Part shown: piece by piece, positions 10,105 to 18,899 of the stretch | How the letters are laid out: every line of letters starts with the position of its first letter | How positions within the stretch are numbered: position 1 is the first letter of the stretch | Assembly: GCA_031280955.1 (NCBI GenBank) | Contig: JAITGA010000015.1 | Span: 9,334-73,333 of the forward strand | Source of the DNA: Lachnospiraceae bacterium | Lineage (GTDB): Bacteria > Bacillota > Clostridia > Lachnospirales > Lachnospiraceae | Length of the DNA stretch: 64,000 bases | Reading direction: 5' to 3' | Program-made: the position numbers and the translations under genes | Notes under the pieces: model-generated | Told to the model about the DNA's origin: nothing | The model's input: the letters and a program-made list of their open reading frames with translations, nothing else | Database searches by the model: none

Positions 10105-11074
10105 CAAGCTGAGGCTTCTATATTTACAAAAAATCCTCGAACAAGAAAGCGATGACAACCACCGCCTCACGAGATCACAGATCGAGACGAAGCTGGCACG
10201 TTACGGTGTCGATGCCGAACGCAAGACACTTTATAATGATATTGAAATGCTGCGGCTTTTCGGCGTGGAGGTGATAGGTGAGCCGTTAGGGAAAAGCTAT
10301 GTTTATTATATTGGCGGTCGCTTGTTTGAGTTGCCGGAGCTAAAGCTCTTGGTCGATGCCGTCCAAGCCTCCAAGTTCATTACGACCTCCAAATCCCGTA
10401 AACTCATCAAGAAGCTCACGGCTCTTACCAGTAAACATGAGGCCAAGCAGCTGGAACGTCAGGTTTTTGTTGTCAATCGTGCCAAGGTGGAGAATGAGAA
10501 AATTTACTATAGTGTCGATGCCCTTCACAATGCGATATCATCTGATGTCCGTGTGCGTTTTCAATATACCCAGTGGACGGTGGACAAGGAAATGAAAGTC
10601 AAAAAGGGTGGTGAATACTACGAGGTAAGTCCTTTTGCCTTGTTGTGGGATCATGAAAACTATTATTTGATCGCATATGAGGGTGGCGATGACAAAATCA
10701 AGCACTATCGAGTTGACAAAATCAAGGATATCAAACTGACTGCAACCGCCCGTAGTGGGTATGAAATCTTCAAAAAGCATGATATGCCGTCATATACCCG
10801 CAAGACCTTTGGGATGTTCCACGGTAACGAAGAAAATGTCGGGATATGTTTTCACGAAAGTCTGGCAGGGGTGGTCATCGACCGCTTCGGCAAGGATGTC
10901 AGACTGTCGAGAGCCGAGGAGGGTTATTATACTATTACTGTACCCATTGTCGTCAGTATGCAGTTCTTCGCTTGGGTAATCGGTATCGGTGCGGAAATGA
11001 AAATCGTCTCCCCCCCGCATGTTGTCACGATGATGAGGGATGCGCTGGCGGAGTTGACGAAGGTGTATGAGTAG
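10085..11074 (+). CDS. WYL-domain transcriptional regulator (wHTH-WYL-WCX type)
   Basis: ATG 10085 follows GGGGAGGAA. N-terminal HTH-like region and WYL core (YYLIAYEGGDDKIKHYRVDKIKDIKL). The 5' end overlaps the fpg stop by 20 nt. Confidence 0.8.
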   Translation: MSKNVSNKLRLLYLQKILEQESDDNHRLTRSQIETKLARYGVDAERKTLYNDIEMLRLFGVEVIGEPLGKSYVYYIGGRLFELPELKLLVDAVQASKFITTSKSRKLIKKLTALTSKHEAKQLERQVFVVNRAKVENEKIYYSVDALHNAISSDVRVRFQYTQWTVDKEMKVKKGGEYYEVSPFALLWDHENYYLIAYEGGDDKIKHYRVDKIKDIKLTATARSGYEIFKKHDMPSYTRKTFGMFHGNEENVGICFHESLAGVVIDRFGKDVRLSRAEEGYYTITVPIVVSMQFFAWVIGIGAEMKIVSPPHVVTMMRDALAELTKVYE

Positions 11075-11087
11075 TGAAGAGTGTCAA

Positions 11088-11129
11088 GGTTGAGTTGGCT
11101 AGGTTGAGTTCGGTTGAGTTGGCTGAGTT
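11088..11129 (+). repeat. Four closely spaced direct 9-mers GG(T/C)TGAGTT
   Basis: GGTTGAGTT at 11088, 11102 and 11112, and GGCTGAGTT at 11121. They sit immediately upstream of the -35 box of the SPFH operon promoter. Confidence 0.6.
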
Positions 11130-11140
11130 AAAAAAAGGGA

Positions 11141-11192
11141 TTGACACGGCAGCGGTTATCTGATATATTATTGATATCAATATGATATCAGA
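11141..11192 (+). promoter_or_regulatory. Sigma-A-type promoter (TTGACA-N17-TATATT) overlapped by a 34-bp near-perfect palindrome
   Basis: TTGACA at 11141-11146, a 17-nt spacer, TATATT at 11164-11169. The palindrome TCTGATATATTATTGATATCAATATGATATCAGA spans 11159-11192, with 2 mismatched pairs out of 17. Confidence 0.55.
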
Positions 11193-11257
11193 GAACAGTT
11201 AAGCAGCAAAGCTGCTAAGCAAATGCGGGACTCCCGCAACCTAAAAGGAGGAAGAGA

Positions 11258-12310
11258 ATGGAAAAGAAAGAAGCAACACCAGAAGCGAAAATAGTCACCG
11301 AGGAAGTGCAGGCTAAATATCTGTCGGGAATGCCATGTCTGCTCCTCAATCTTACTGTCATGTTGGGCTGTCTTGCCGTGTTCATTCTGGCGATCATGGC
11401 AACCGACGATGGCGCCAATCCGATGGCAATTACCCTCATTTGTGTTTCGGCACTTTATGCGTTTGTCATCGGGCCGATACTACTGGGCGGGCTAAAGATT
11501 CTCGCTCCCAATGAGGCATATGTGCTGACCATTTTTGGTAAATACTATGGCACGTTAAGGGGACCGGGCTTTTTCCAGGTCAACCCTTTTGCTACTCCTG
11601 TTGTTCCCGCATGTGATACGTCAGTATCAGGGGCTTCAGTTGGCGCATCAGGGGACAAAGTTAGTCTAAACTCAGCTGATATAGCTCTCAGTATCGCAGG
11701 TGGCAAAAAGAAAATATCCCTGAAAGCGATGACCCTCAGCAATGATATGCAAAAAATCAATGACCAACGGGGAAATCCGATTATCATCGGTATCGTTGTC
11801 ATATGGAAAGTCACCAATACTGCCCAAGCCATCTTCAATGTCGATAATTACAAAGAGTTTCTCTCCATTCAATGTGATGCGGCACTTAGGAATATTGTCC
11901 GTCTTTATCCATATGACAATGTCGGCAGTGAGAAGACTGAAGATTGCAACGAAGTGTCACTTCGCGGCAGCAGTGATGAAATAGCCTTGCGGTTACAGGA
12001 AGAGATACAGGCAAAGGTAGCCATAGCCGGTTTGGTAATCACCGAAGCCCGCATCACCAATCTCTCATACGCTCCCGAAATTGCGGCAGCGATGTTGCAA
12101 AGACAACAGGCTTCGGCAGTTGTTGATGCCCGCCACATGATAGTAGATGGTGCGGTCGGGATGGTGGAAATGGCACTTGCCCGCCTCAGCAAAGCGAACA
12201 TAGTCACTCTTGATGAGGAACGGAAAGCGGCGATGGTCTCCAACTTGTTGGTAGTCCTTTGTGGTAATCGCGATGCTCAGCCGGTGGTGAATAGCGGATC
12301 GCTTTACTAA
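11258..12310 (+). CDS. SPFH/Band-7 (stomatin/prohibitin-like) membrane protein
   Basis: Strong RBS AAAGGAGG. Two N-terminal hydrophobic helices, then an SPFH-like core (PNEAYVLTIFGKYYGTLRGPGFFQVNPF ... AAAMLQRQQASAVVDAR). Confidence 0.75.
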   Translation: MEKKEATPEAKIVTEEVQAKYLSGMPCLLLNLTVMLGCLAVFILAIMATDDGANPMAITLICVSALYAFVIGPILLGGLKILAPNEAYVLTIFGKYYGTLRGPGFFQVNPFATPVVPACDTSVSGASVGASGDKVSLNSADIALSIAGGKKKISLKAMTLSNDMQKINDQRGNPIIIGIVVIWKVTNTAQAIFNVDNYKEFLSIQCDAALRNIVRLYPYDNVGSEKTEDCNEVSLRGSSDEIALRLQEEIQAKVAIAGLVITEARITNLSYAPEIAAAMLQRQQASAVVDARHMIVDGAVGMVEMALARLSKANIVTLDEERKAAMVSNLLVVLCGNRDAQPVVNSGSLY

Positions 12311-12329
12311 GTAACAATTAGGAAATGCT

Positions 12330-12497
12330 ATGGATAAAGGTGAAGCAGAAAAAAAGCAAGTTCCGTTACGTTTGTCAAAGACGCTGTGGCAGGAGTTAAA
12401 TGCTTGGGCAGAGGATGATTTCCGCTCGCTAAATGGACAGATAGAGTTTTTACTTAGTGAAAGTGTAAAGAAACGAAAAAAAGGCGGGGAGAAATGA
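12330..12497 (+). CDS. Arc/MetJ-type ribbon-helix-helix small DNA-binding protein (55 aa; below the track cutoff)
   Basis: My translation is MDKGEAEKKQVPLRLSKTLWQELNAWAEDDFRSLNGQIEFLLSESVKKRKKGGEK. It shows the beta-strand/helix/helix pattern typical of Arc-like repressors (xPLRLxxxLxxxLxxxA...S.N..I..LL). Confidence 0.6.
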   Translation: MDKGEAEKKQVPLRLSKTLWQELNAWAEDDFRSLNGQIEFLLSESVKKRKKGGEK

Positions 12498-12500
12498 ACC

Positions 12501-13715
12501 ATGCCTGTCCCCGATGAAGTAATGAGCGAAAAGAACATCCTGCCCGGCAAACCCAACGCTTGGATTGCCATGAGTGGCGGCGTGGATAGCTCGGTAGCGG
12601 CGTATCTGACGAAGAAAGAGGGCTTTGACTGTACCGGGGTCATGATGAAGCTCTTTCGGACCAAAACAAATGAGGGTGGCAGGGAAACCGGCGGCTCTTG
12701 TTTGCATATCGCTTCGGACGGAACACAGGTTGCGGCAACTACGGAAGCAGTTTCAGCAGCAACTGATGTTGCTGCAGCTACTGCGACTGCAGTTTCCGTA
12801 GCTACTGCTACGGCAGTTGCTACACTTCTCGGAATTTCCTTTCGAGTTCTCGATTTAGTTACGGAATTTGATGAAGAGGTAATCACCCCATTTGTCACTG
12901 CCTACCAAAATGGCGAAACTCCCAATCCTTGTGTAGAATGTAATCGTGCTATCAAGTTTGGGAAGCTACTGGAACAAGCGACTCGGGAAAATGTGGATTA
13001 CTTGGTGACAGGACATTATGCCCGCATCGAATATGACAATCACAGAGGACGTTTTTTGTTAAAAAAGGCAGTGGATATTTCCAAAGACCAAAGCTACTTT
13101 CTTTATTCACTCACCCAGACCCAGCTAAAGAAGTTACGTTTCCCCCTTGGGGGATTGGAAAAAGACAAGGTAAGAGAAATCGCCGCTGCCGCAGGACTTG
13201 GCAATGCCTACAAGCGTGACAGTCAAGATATATGTTTTATTGCCGATGGTGATTATGGGAGCTTCATCAAAGAACGGACGAAAGAGGGGGAACAGGAAGC
13301 CGGACATGGTAATTTCATCGACATCGAGGGAAATATCCTCGGGCAGCATAAGGGGATATGTCATTATACCATCGGACAACGGCGTGGTCTGGGGCTGTCG
13401 CTTAAAAAACCACTCTATGTCCATTCCAAGAATATCGTTGATAACACCGTGACTCTTTGCGAAGAGGGTCTGCTTTATGAAAGGACTCTGATTGCCGATG
13501 ATTTCATCTGGAGCAGTATCGAAAAGCCAATCTCCCCGATTAGGGTAATGGCAAAAATCCGCCATACGAAAGCAGAACAGGCGGCAATCGTTACCGTGAC
13601 AGGAGCTGACACGGTCAAGGTCGTCTTTGATTTACCACAGCGGGCAATCGCCAAGGGACAGGCAGTTGTCCTATATGATGGCGATGTGGTGTTGGGAGGC
13701 GGGCGAATCAGGTAG
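12501..13715 (+). CDS. mnmA: tRNA-specific 2-thiouridylase MnmA (with a low-complexity insertion)
   Basis: PP-loop MSGGVDSSVAA, TPNPCVECNRAIKF and DQSYFLY motifs. An extra Ala/Thr/Val-rich segment is encoded at 12729-12824. Confidence 0.9.
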   Translation: MPVPDEVMSEKNILPGKPNAWIAMSGGVDSSVAAYLTKKEGFDCTGVMMKLFRTKTNEGGRETGGSCLHIASDGTQVAATTEAVSAATDVAAATATAVSVATATAVATLLGISFRVLDLVTEFDEEVITPFVTAYQNGETPNPCVECNRAIKFGKLLEQATRENVDYLVTGHYARIEYDNHRGRFLLKKAVDISKDQSYFLYSLTQTQLKKLRFPLGGLEKDKVREIAAAAGLGNAYKRDSQDICFIADGDYGSFIKERTKEGEQEAGHGNFIDIEGNILGQHKGICHYTIGQRRGLGLSLKKPLYVHSKNIVDNTVTLCEEGLLYERTLIADDFIWSSIEKPISPIRVMAKIRHTKAEQAAIVTVTGADTVKVVFDLPQRAIAKGQAVVLYDGDVVLGGGRIR

Positions 13716-13771
13716 GGGGAAATGATGTAAGGTGCTTGATTTTGACCATGATATCATAATATGATATGATG

Positions 13772-13803
13772 CCATTGAAGAAGACTTTTCAATGGTATTT
13801 TTT
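13772..13803 (+). terminator. Rho-independent terminator after mnmA
   Basis: Stem CCATTGAA/TTCAATGG, 8-nt loop, followed by TATTTTTT. Confidence 0.65.
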
Positions 13804-13831
13804 GTGGCGTGTATAATTTGAAGGAGAAAAT

Positions 13832-14536
13832 ATGGGTTATCAAGTCGCCATCGACGGGCCGGCGGGAGCAGGGAAAAGCACTATCGCTCGCTTGGTTGCC
13901 CGCCAAAAAGGTTTCGTCTACGTTGATACGGGAGCGATGTACAGGGCAGTTGCCCTTCATTTGTTGCGAAGCGGGATTACATCGGAAGAAGTGATTATGG
14001 AAGCGGAAGAGTCGGTGACAAACAAGGTTGCGGAAAAAGTAGCCGGATTTGCCGCCGCAACCGAGATTACCATCCGCTATCAAGAGGGTGAACAGATAGT
14101 CCTCCTCAATGGGGAAGAGGTAAATACCCTTATTCGTACCGAGGAAGTGGGACAGATGGCATCAGTTAGCAGCGCCAATCCGCAAGTCCGCGCCCACTTG
14201 CTTAATTTACAGCGACAGTTGGCTATGGAAAGCGATGTCGTCATGGATGGACGTGATATCGGTACTTGTATCTTACCCGATGCTGATGTCAAGATATTTT
14301 TGACAGCATCGGTCAATGTCCGTGCCAAACGCCGTCATTTGGAGCTTACCCAAAAAGGTGTCGCTTGTGATTTGGCAGAAATAGAGCATGATATTGAAAA
14401 ACGTGACCATCAGGATATTAATCGTGAACACTCACCGCTTCGCCGTGCTGATGATGCGGTGTTGGTCGATACTTCGGACATGAGCATCGAGGAAGCTGTA
14501 GCGGCAGTTATTGCTTGGATTCCAAAGCAGAGATGA
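13832..14536 (+). CDS. cmk: Cytidylate kinase
   Basis: P-loop IAIDGPAGAGKSTIAR and DTGAMYR. RBS GAAGGAG. Confidence 0.92.
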   Translation: MGYQVAIDGPAGAGKSTIARLVARQKGFVYVDTGAMYRAVALHLLRSGITSEEVIMEAEESVTNKVAEKVAGFAAATEITIRYQEGEQIVLLNGEEVNTLIRTEEVGQMASVSSANPQVRAHLLNLQRQLAMESDVVMDGRDIGTCILPDADVKIFLTASVNVRAKRRHLELTQKGVACDLAEIEHDIEKRDHQDINREHSPLRRADDAVLVDTSDMSIEEAVAAVIAWIPKQR

Positions 14537-14607
14537 CCTTGCTTTTTGATGGTAGGATTATTGGTCGGGGAAACTGAACTTCATGGGAGTTAGTAAATGA
14601 AAGGTTG

Positions 14608-15477
14608 ATGATGGGTGAAGTCCGGGAAGTGATTTTGGCTAAGAGTGCCGGTTTTTGTTTTGGGGTGAAGCGGGCGGTGGAGACAGTTTACCAACAAGTC
14701 GCTGCGGATACTTTTTTGCCGATTTATACATATGGACTCATTATTCACAACGCTGAAGTGACGAGAGACTTGGAAGAAAAAGGGGTGACGGTCATCAACA
14801 GCGAGGAGGAAATCAAGAAGCTGACGACAGGGACGGTCATTATTCGTGCCCATGGTGTTGCCCGCCATATTCATAGGCTGATAGAGCAGCAGGGACTGCG
14901 ATTGATCGATGCCACTTGTCCTTTTGTCCGCCGCATTCATCAAATTGCCGAAAAAGAAAGTCGAGCGGGGAAGACGATTATAATCATTGGCAGCAACGGT
15001 CATCCCGAGGTGGAGGGTATCATTGGTTGGTCGGATGGCGAAGCCGTGGTCGTGGAAACAGAGGCAGATGCAAGGGTTTTGGCAGAAAAAATAGATGAAA
15101 ACAGTTGTATAGTTTCACAGACTACTTGTAATTTTCGTAAATTTGAAGATATAGTTGATATTTTTTGCAAAAGGGATTACAATGGTTCTATTGTAAATAC
15201 AATCTGTAACGCGACTGTGGAAAGACAGATAGAAGCGGCACGGATTTCCGCCTTGGCAGATGCGATGATAGTAATAGGAGATACCAAGAGTTCAAACACG
15301 GCAAAGCTACATGAGATTTGCTTAAATGAGTGCGGGAACACCTATTTCGTCCAGACGAAGGCAGATTTACCGTCGGTATTGCCCACAGGCACTCTACGGA
15401 TAGGTATTACAGCGGGGGCTTCCACCCCGGACTATATTATTGAGGAGGTTCAAAACCATGTCAGACTTAACTTTTGA
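14608..15477 (+). CDS. ispH: 4-hydroxy-3-methylbut-2-enyl diphosphate reductase IspH/LytB
   Basis: SAGFCFGVKRAV, IIHNAEV, DATCPFV and TKSSNTAKL motifs. The track ORF opens at TTG 14605; ATG codons follow at 14608 and 14611. Confidence 0.92.
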   Translation: MMGEVREVILAKSAGFCFGVKRAVETVYQQVAADTFLPIYTYGLIIHNAEVTRDLEEKGVTVINSEEEIKKLTTGTVIIRAHGVARHIHRLIEQQGLRLIDATCPFVRRIHQIAEKESRAGKTIIIIGSNGHPEVEGIIGWSDGEAVVVETEADARVLAEKIDENSCIVSQTTCNFRKFEDIVDIFCKRDYNGSIVNTICNATVERQIEAARISALADAMIVIGDTKSSNTAKLHEICLNECGNTYFVQTKADLPSVLPTGTLRIGITAGASTPDYIIEEVQNHVRLNF

Positions 15478-16729
15478 ACAAATGCTGGAAGATAATTTCA
15501 AAACACTACAAACAGGAGAGGTGGTTGAAGGCACGATCATTGATGTCAAGCCGGATGAGGCTATTTTGAATATTGGCTACAAATCAGACGGTATCTTGAC
15601 AAAACATGAATATACAAATGAACACGGCGTAGATTTAACCAAGGTTCTCAATCTGGGTGACACGATGGAGGTAAAAGTCCTGAAGGTCAATGACAGCGAG
15701 GGACAGGTCATCCTGACATACAAGCGGTTGGCGGCAGATCGCGGCAACAAGCGGATAGAAGAAGCATACAACAACAAGGAGGTCATCACGGCAACTGTCA
15801 GTCAGGTGCTTGATGGCGGTCTTTGTGTTATTGTTGAAGATGTGAAGATATTCATCCCTGCGAGTCTGGTATCCAATACTTATGAAAAGAATCTGGGCAA
15901 ATATGCGGGAGAGGAAATCCAGTTCCTCATCACCGAGTACAATCCGAGACGGCGTAGGTATATCGGCGATCGCCGCCAGATACTGAATGCCGAACGTGCC
16001 AAATTGCAACAGGAACTCTTTGCCCGTATCGCAGTTGATGATGTCATAGAAGACGGAATAGTGAAAAATGTGACTGATTTCGGGGCATTTGTAGACATTG
16101 GCGGTGCTGATGGCCTGCTTCATATCTCAGAAATGTCTTGGGGTCGTGTCGAAAACCCACGTAAGCATGTGAAGTCCGGTGATGTGGTACGGGTCTTCAT
16201 CAAGGATATCAATGGACAAAAAATTGCCCTCAGCAGTAAGTTTCCCGATGCCAATCCTTGGAAAGATGCCACGGATATGTTTTCAATTGGCACGATTGTG
16301 ACCGGCAGGGTTGCCCGAATGACTGATTTCGGGGCTTTTGTTGAGCTAAAGCCGGGTGTGGATGCCTTACTCCATGTTTCCCAAATTGCCAGAGAGCATA
16401 TTGAAAAGCCATCTGATATTCTCAGGCTCAATGAGATAGTGACGGCAAAGGTAGTTGATTTCAACGAAAATGACCACAAAATCAGTTTGAGCATCAAAGC
16501 GCTCTTGCCGGCAGAGTCGCCGGATACCGATATAGTAGCCTCAACCGATGATGAAGTGACGGCTGATGTAGTTTCCGCAAACGATGATTCCGTTGTGACT
16601 GATGAAGTCATATCCGAAGAAGCAGCTACGGAAGAAGTCGCAGAAGAGGTCGCAGAAGCAGAATCAGCTGATGAGGTTGAGGGAGCGGATGAAGCTGTTG
16701 GTGATGATGAAGCTGTTGAAGGTGAATAG
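15458..16729 (+). CDS. rpsA: 30S ribosomal protein S1-like (four S1 domains, acidic tail)
   Basis: Repeated S1 OB-fold signatures (GIVKNVTDFGAFVDIG, GRVARMTDFGAFVEL). ATG 15458 follows GAGGAGG. It overlaps the ispH 3' end by 20 nt in another frame. Confidence 0.85.
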   Translation: MSDLTFEQMLEDNFKTLQTGEVVEGTIIDVKPDEAILNIGYKSDGILTKHEYTNEHGVDLTKVLNLGDTMEVKVLKVNDSEGQVILTYKRLAADRGNKRIEEAYNNKEVITATVSQVLDGGLCVIVEDVKIFIPASLVSNTYEKNLGKYAGEEIQFLITEYNPRRRRYIGDRRQILNAERAKLQQELFARIAVDDVIEDGIVKNVTDFGAFVDIGGADGLLHISEMSWGRVENPRKHVKSGDVVRVFIKDINGQKIALSSKFPDANPWKDATDMFSIGTIVTGRVARMTDFGAFVELKPGVDALLHVSQIAREHIEKPSDILRLNEIVTAKVVDFNENDHKISLSIKALLPAESPDTDIVASTDDEVTADVVSANDDSVVTDEVISEEAATEEVAEEVAEAESADEVEGADEAVGDDEAVEGE

Positions 16730-16739
16730 GTGACTAACT

Positions 16740-17513
16740 ATGACGTATGATTATGTATGGTTCAAAAAGGCTGTTTTCGATTTAACCAAGATTGATTTGA
16801 CTGCTTATAAAGAAAAGCAAATGAAGCGGCGGATTGATACTTTGATTGGCAAAAATCAGATTACCGGCTATGACAAGTATATCATTGAACTCAAGACCAA
16901 TAAGGATAAGTTCGAGGAATTTGTCAACTACCTGACCATCAATGTCTCGGAGTTTTATCGTAATCCGGGGCAGTGGGATATTCTGGACAAAGAGGTTTTC
17001 CCCCAGACTATTGAGAAATTCGGAAAAAACCTAAAGATATGGAGTGCCGCATGTTCCACGGGTGATGAACCGTACTCATTGGTTATGGCTCTTACTAAGC
17101 ATCTACCGCTCAATCAAATCCGGATTCATGCTACCGATATTGACAAACAGGTACTTGCCAAAGCCAAGGTTGGACTATATTCGGAAAAGAGTATCGCCGC
17201 CGTTCCGGCAGAGTTTAAGCGCAAATACTTTACCCAGATTGGTCCCTCGTACCAAATCTCCGAGGAAATCAAACGGCAGGTTGACTTCAAGCAACACAAT
17301 CTCTTGAAAGACGTATACCCGTCAGGCTGTCATTTGATAGTTTGTCGTAATGTATTGATTTACTTTACCGAGGAAGCGAAGGTGGAGATTTACAAAAAGT
17401 TCTATTCTGCTTTGGCATCAAGTGGAAATCTTTTCATTGGCAGTACCGAGCAGATAATTAACCACGCCGAAATCGGTTATAATCGGAAGAACTCGTTCTT
17501 CTACCAGAAATAA
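16740..17513 (+). CDS. cheR: CheR-type protein-glutamate O-methyltransferase
   Basis: CheR N-terminal helical region, then a SAM-MTase core (IWSAACSTGDEPYSL, IVCRNVLIYF). Confidence 0.8.
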   Translation: MTYDYVWFKKAVFDLTKIDLTAYKEKQMKRRIDTLIGKNQITGYDKYIIELKTNKDKFEEFVNYLTINVSEFYRNPGQWDILDKEVFPQTIEKFGKNLKIWSAACSTGDEPYSLVMALTKHLPLNQIRIHATDIDKQVLAKAKVGLYSEKSIAAVPAEFKRKYFTQIGPSYQISEEIKRQVDFKQHNLLKDVYPSGCHLIVCRNVLIYFTEEAKVEIYKKFYSALASSGNLFIGSTEQIINHAEIGYNRKNSFFYQK

Positions 17514-17564
17514 GTGGGTTAGCACTATTTTGACATAAAAACCCGTTATGAAAGGGTAACAAAG

Positions 17565-18899
17565 ATGACTTTGCGAACCTTTGTGGGGGGTGTTTTACCT
17601 CGCGATGGCAAGGATTTAACGAGTGAAAAACCGATAAAGTTCGTCTTACCGGGCAAGGAGTTGGTCTACCCCTTGTTGCAGCATGACGGTTCTCAAGCTG
17701 TACCTTATGTGGCAGTCGGCGACAAGGTCTTAACAGGCCAGTTGATTGCCGGTGGGGACGGCTTTTTTTCTTCTTGTATCTATGCAAGTGTATCGGGACA
17801 GGTGAGTGTTATAGGCGAACGCCGGATGGCAGACGGAGAGATGATTGCCGCTATTGTTGTTGAAAATGACGGTCTTTATGATGAAATCACCTATCAGACG
17901 ATGCCGCCGCCGGAGGAAATGACGGAAGCGGAGATTCATGAACGTATCCGTGATGCCGGGATAGTCGGTCTCGGCGGGAGCAAAATCCCTACTCATGTCA
18001 AGTTATCACTGGAAAACCCTGAACAGATAGCCTTTCTGATTATCAATGGCATCGAGTGTGAACCATATTTGACGGCAGATTTGCGGATACTTCTCGAGGA
18101 AAGCGAGCGGATAATCAGCGGAATCAATGTTTTACTCCGCCTTTTTCCTTATGCACATGGGATTATTTCCATCACTGATGACAAAGAGGAAGCAATCACG
18201 AAACTGATGGGACTGGTAGAACGGGAAGCGAAAATCAATGTCCGAGTGCTGAAAACGAAGTATCCGCAAGGCTCAGAGCGGCAGTTGGTTTTCTCCGTGA
18301 CGGGGCGTAAGCTGACAGGGATGATGTCGCCGCCCGATGTCGGCTGTCTGGTACTAAATGTTGAGACGATACTAAATATCAGTCGTGCCGTTATTGAGGG
18401 CAGGAACTTGATGTCACGGATAATAACAGTTTCCGGCGATGCGCTTTGTGAACCGCAAAATCTCTCCGTGCGTCTGGGGACTAGCTATCAAACCTTGATT
18501 GATGAAGCCGGAGGTTTAATTGATGAAAAAGACGGTAGCGATGGCAAAAAAGGAAAAAACAGGGAAGTAAAAATGATAGCGGGCGGGCCGATGCGCGGGG
18601 AAATCATCGTTGCTGTTGATACCCCTGTGACCAAGGAGACTGCGGGCTTTTTGTGCTTATATAAAGATGAAGAAGCAGATGTGGAGGCAGCTTGCATCAA
18701 GTGCCGTAAGTGTATATCTGTTTGCCCTGAACGGTTGCAACCGCTTAGATTGGCCACTTTAGCCGAAAAAGGCGACAGGAAATCTTTTTTGGCATATGAT
18801 GGCATGTGTTGTAATGGCTGTGGCTGTTGCAGTTATATTTGTCCTGCCAAGCGGCACATTACTCAAAGAATCAAGGCTTTTATGAAAGGAATCACATGA
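17565..18899 (+). CDS. rnfC: Rnf electron-transport complex subunit C
   Basis: FVGGVLP N-terminus, GIECEPYLTAD, and two CxxCxxCxxxCP ferredoxin motifs (CIKCRKCISVCP, CNGCGCCSYICP). Confidence 0.85.
   Translation: MTLRTFVGGVLPRDGKDLTSEKPIKFVLPGKELVYPLLQHDGSQAVPYVAVGDKVLTGQLIAGGDGFFSSCIYASVSGQVSVIGERRMADGEMIAAIVVENDGLYDEITYQTMPPPEEMTEAEIHERIRDAGIVGLGGSKIPTHVKLSLENPEQIAFLIINGIECEPYLTADLRILLEESERIISGINVLLRLFPYAHGIISITDDKEEAITKLMGLVEREAKINVRVLKTKYPQGSERQLVFSVTGRKLTGMMSPPDVGCLVLNVETILNISRAVIEGRNLMSRIITVSGDALCEPQNLSVRLGTSYQTLIDEAGGLIDEKDGSDGKKGKNREVKMIAGGPMRGEIIVAVDTPVTKETAGFLCLYKDEEADVEAACIKCRKCISVCPERLQPLRLATLAEKGDRKSFLAYDGMCCNGCGCCSYICPAKRHITQRIKAFMKGIT

Noticed and set aside
12065-12898. 277-aa minus-strand ORF spanning the SPFH 3' end, the Arc-like gene and the mnmA 5' end
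   Set aside because: It is antisense to three well-supported genes and is kept open by the GC-rich Ala/Thr repeat in mnmA. It has no domain signature.
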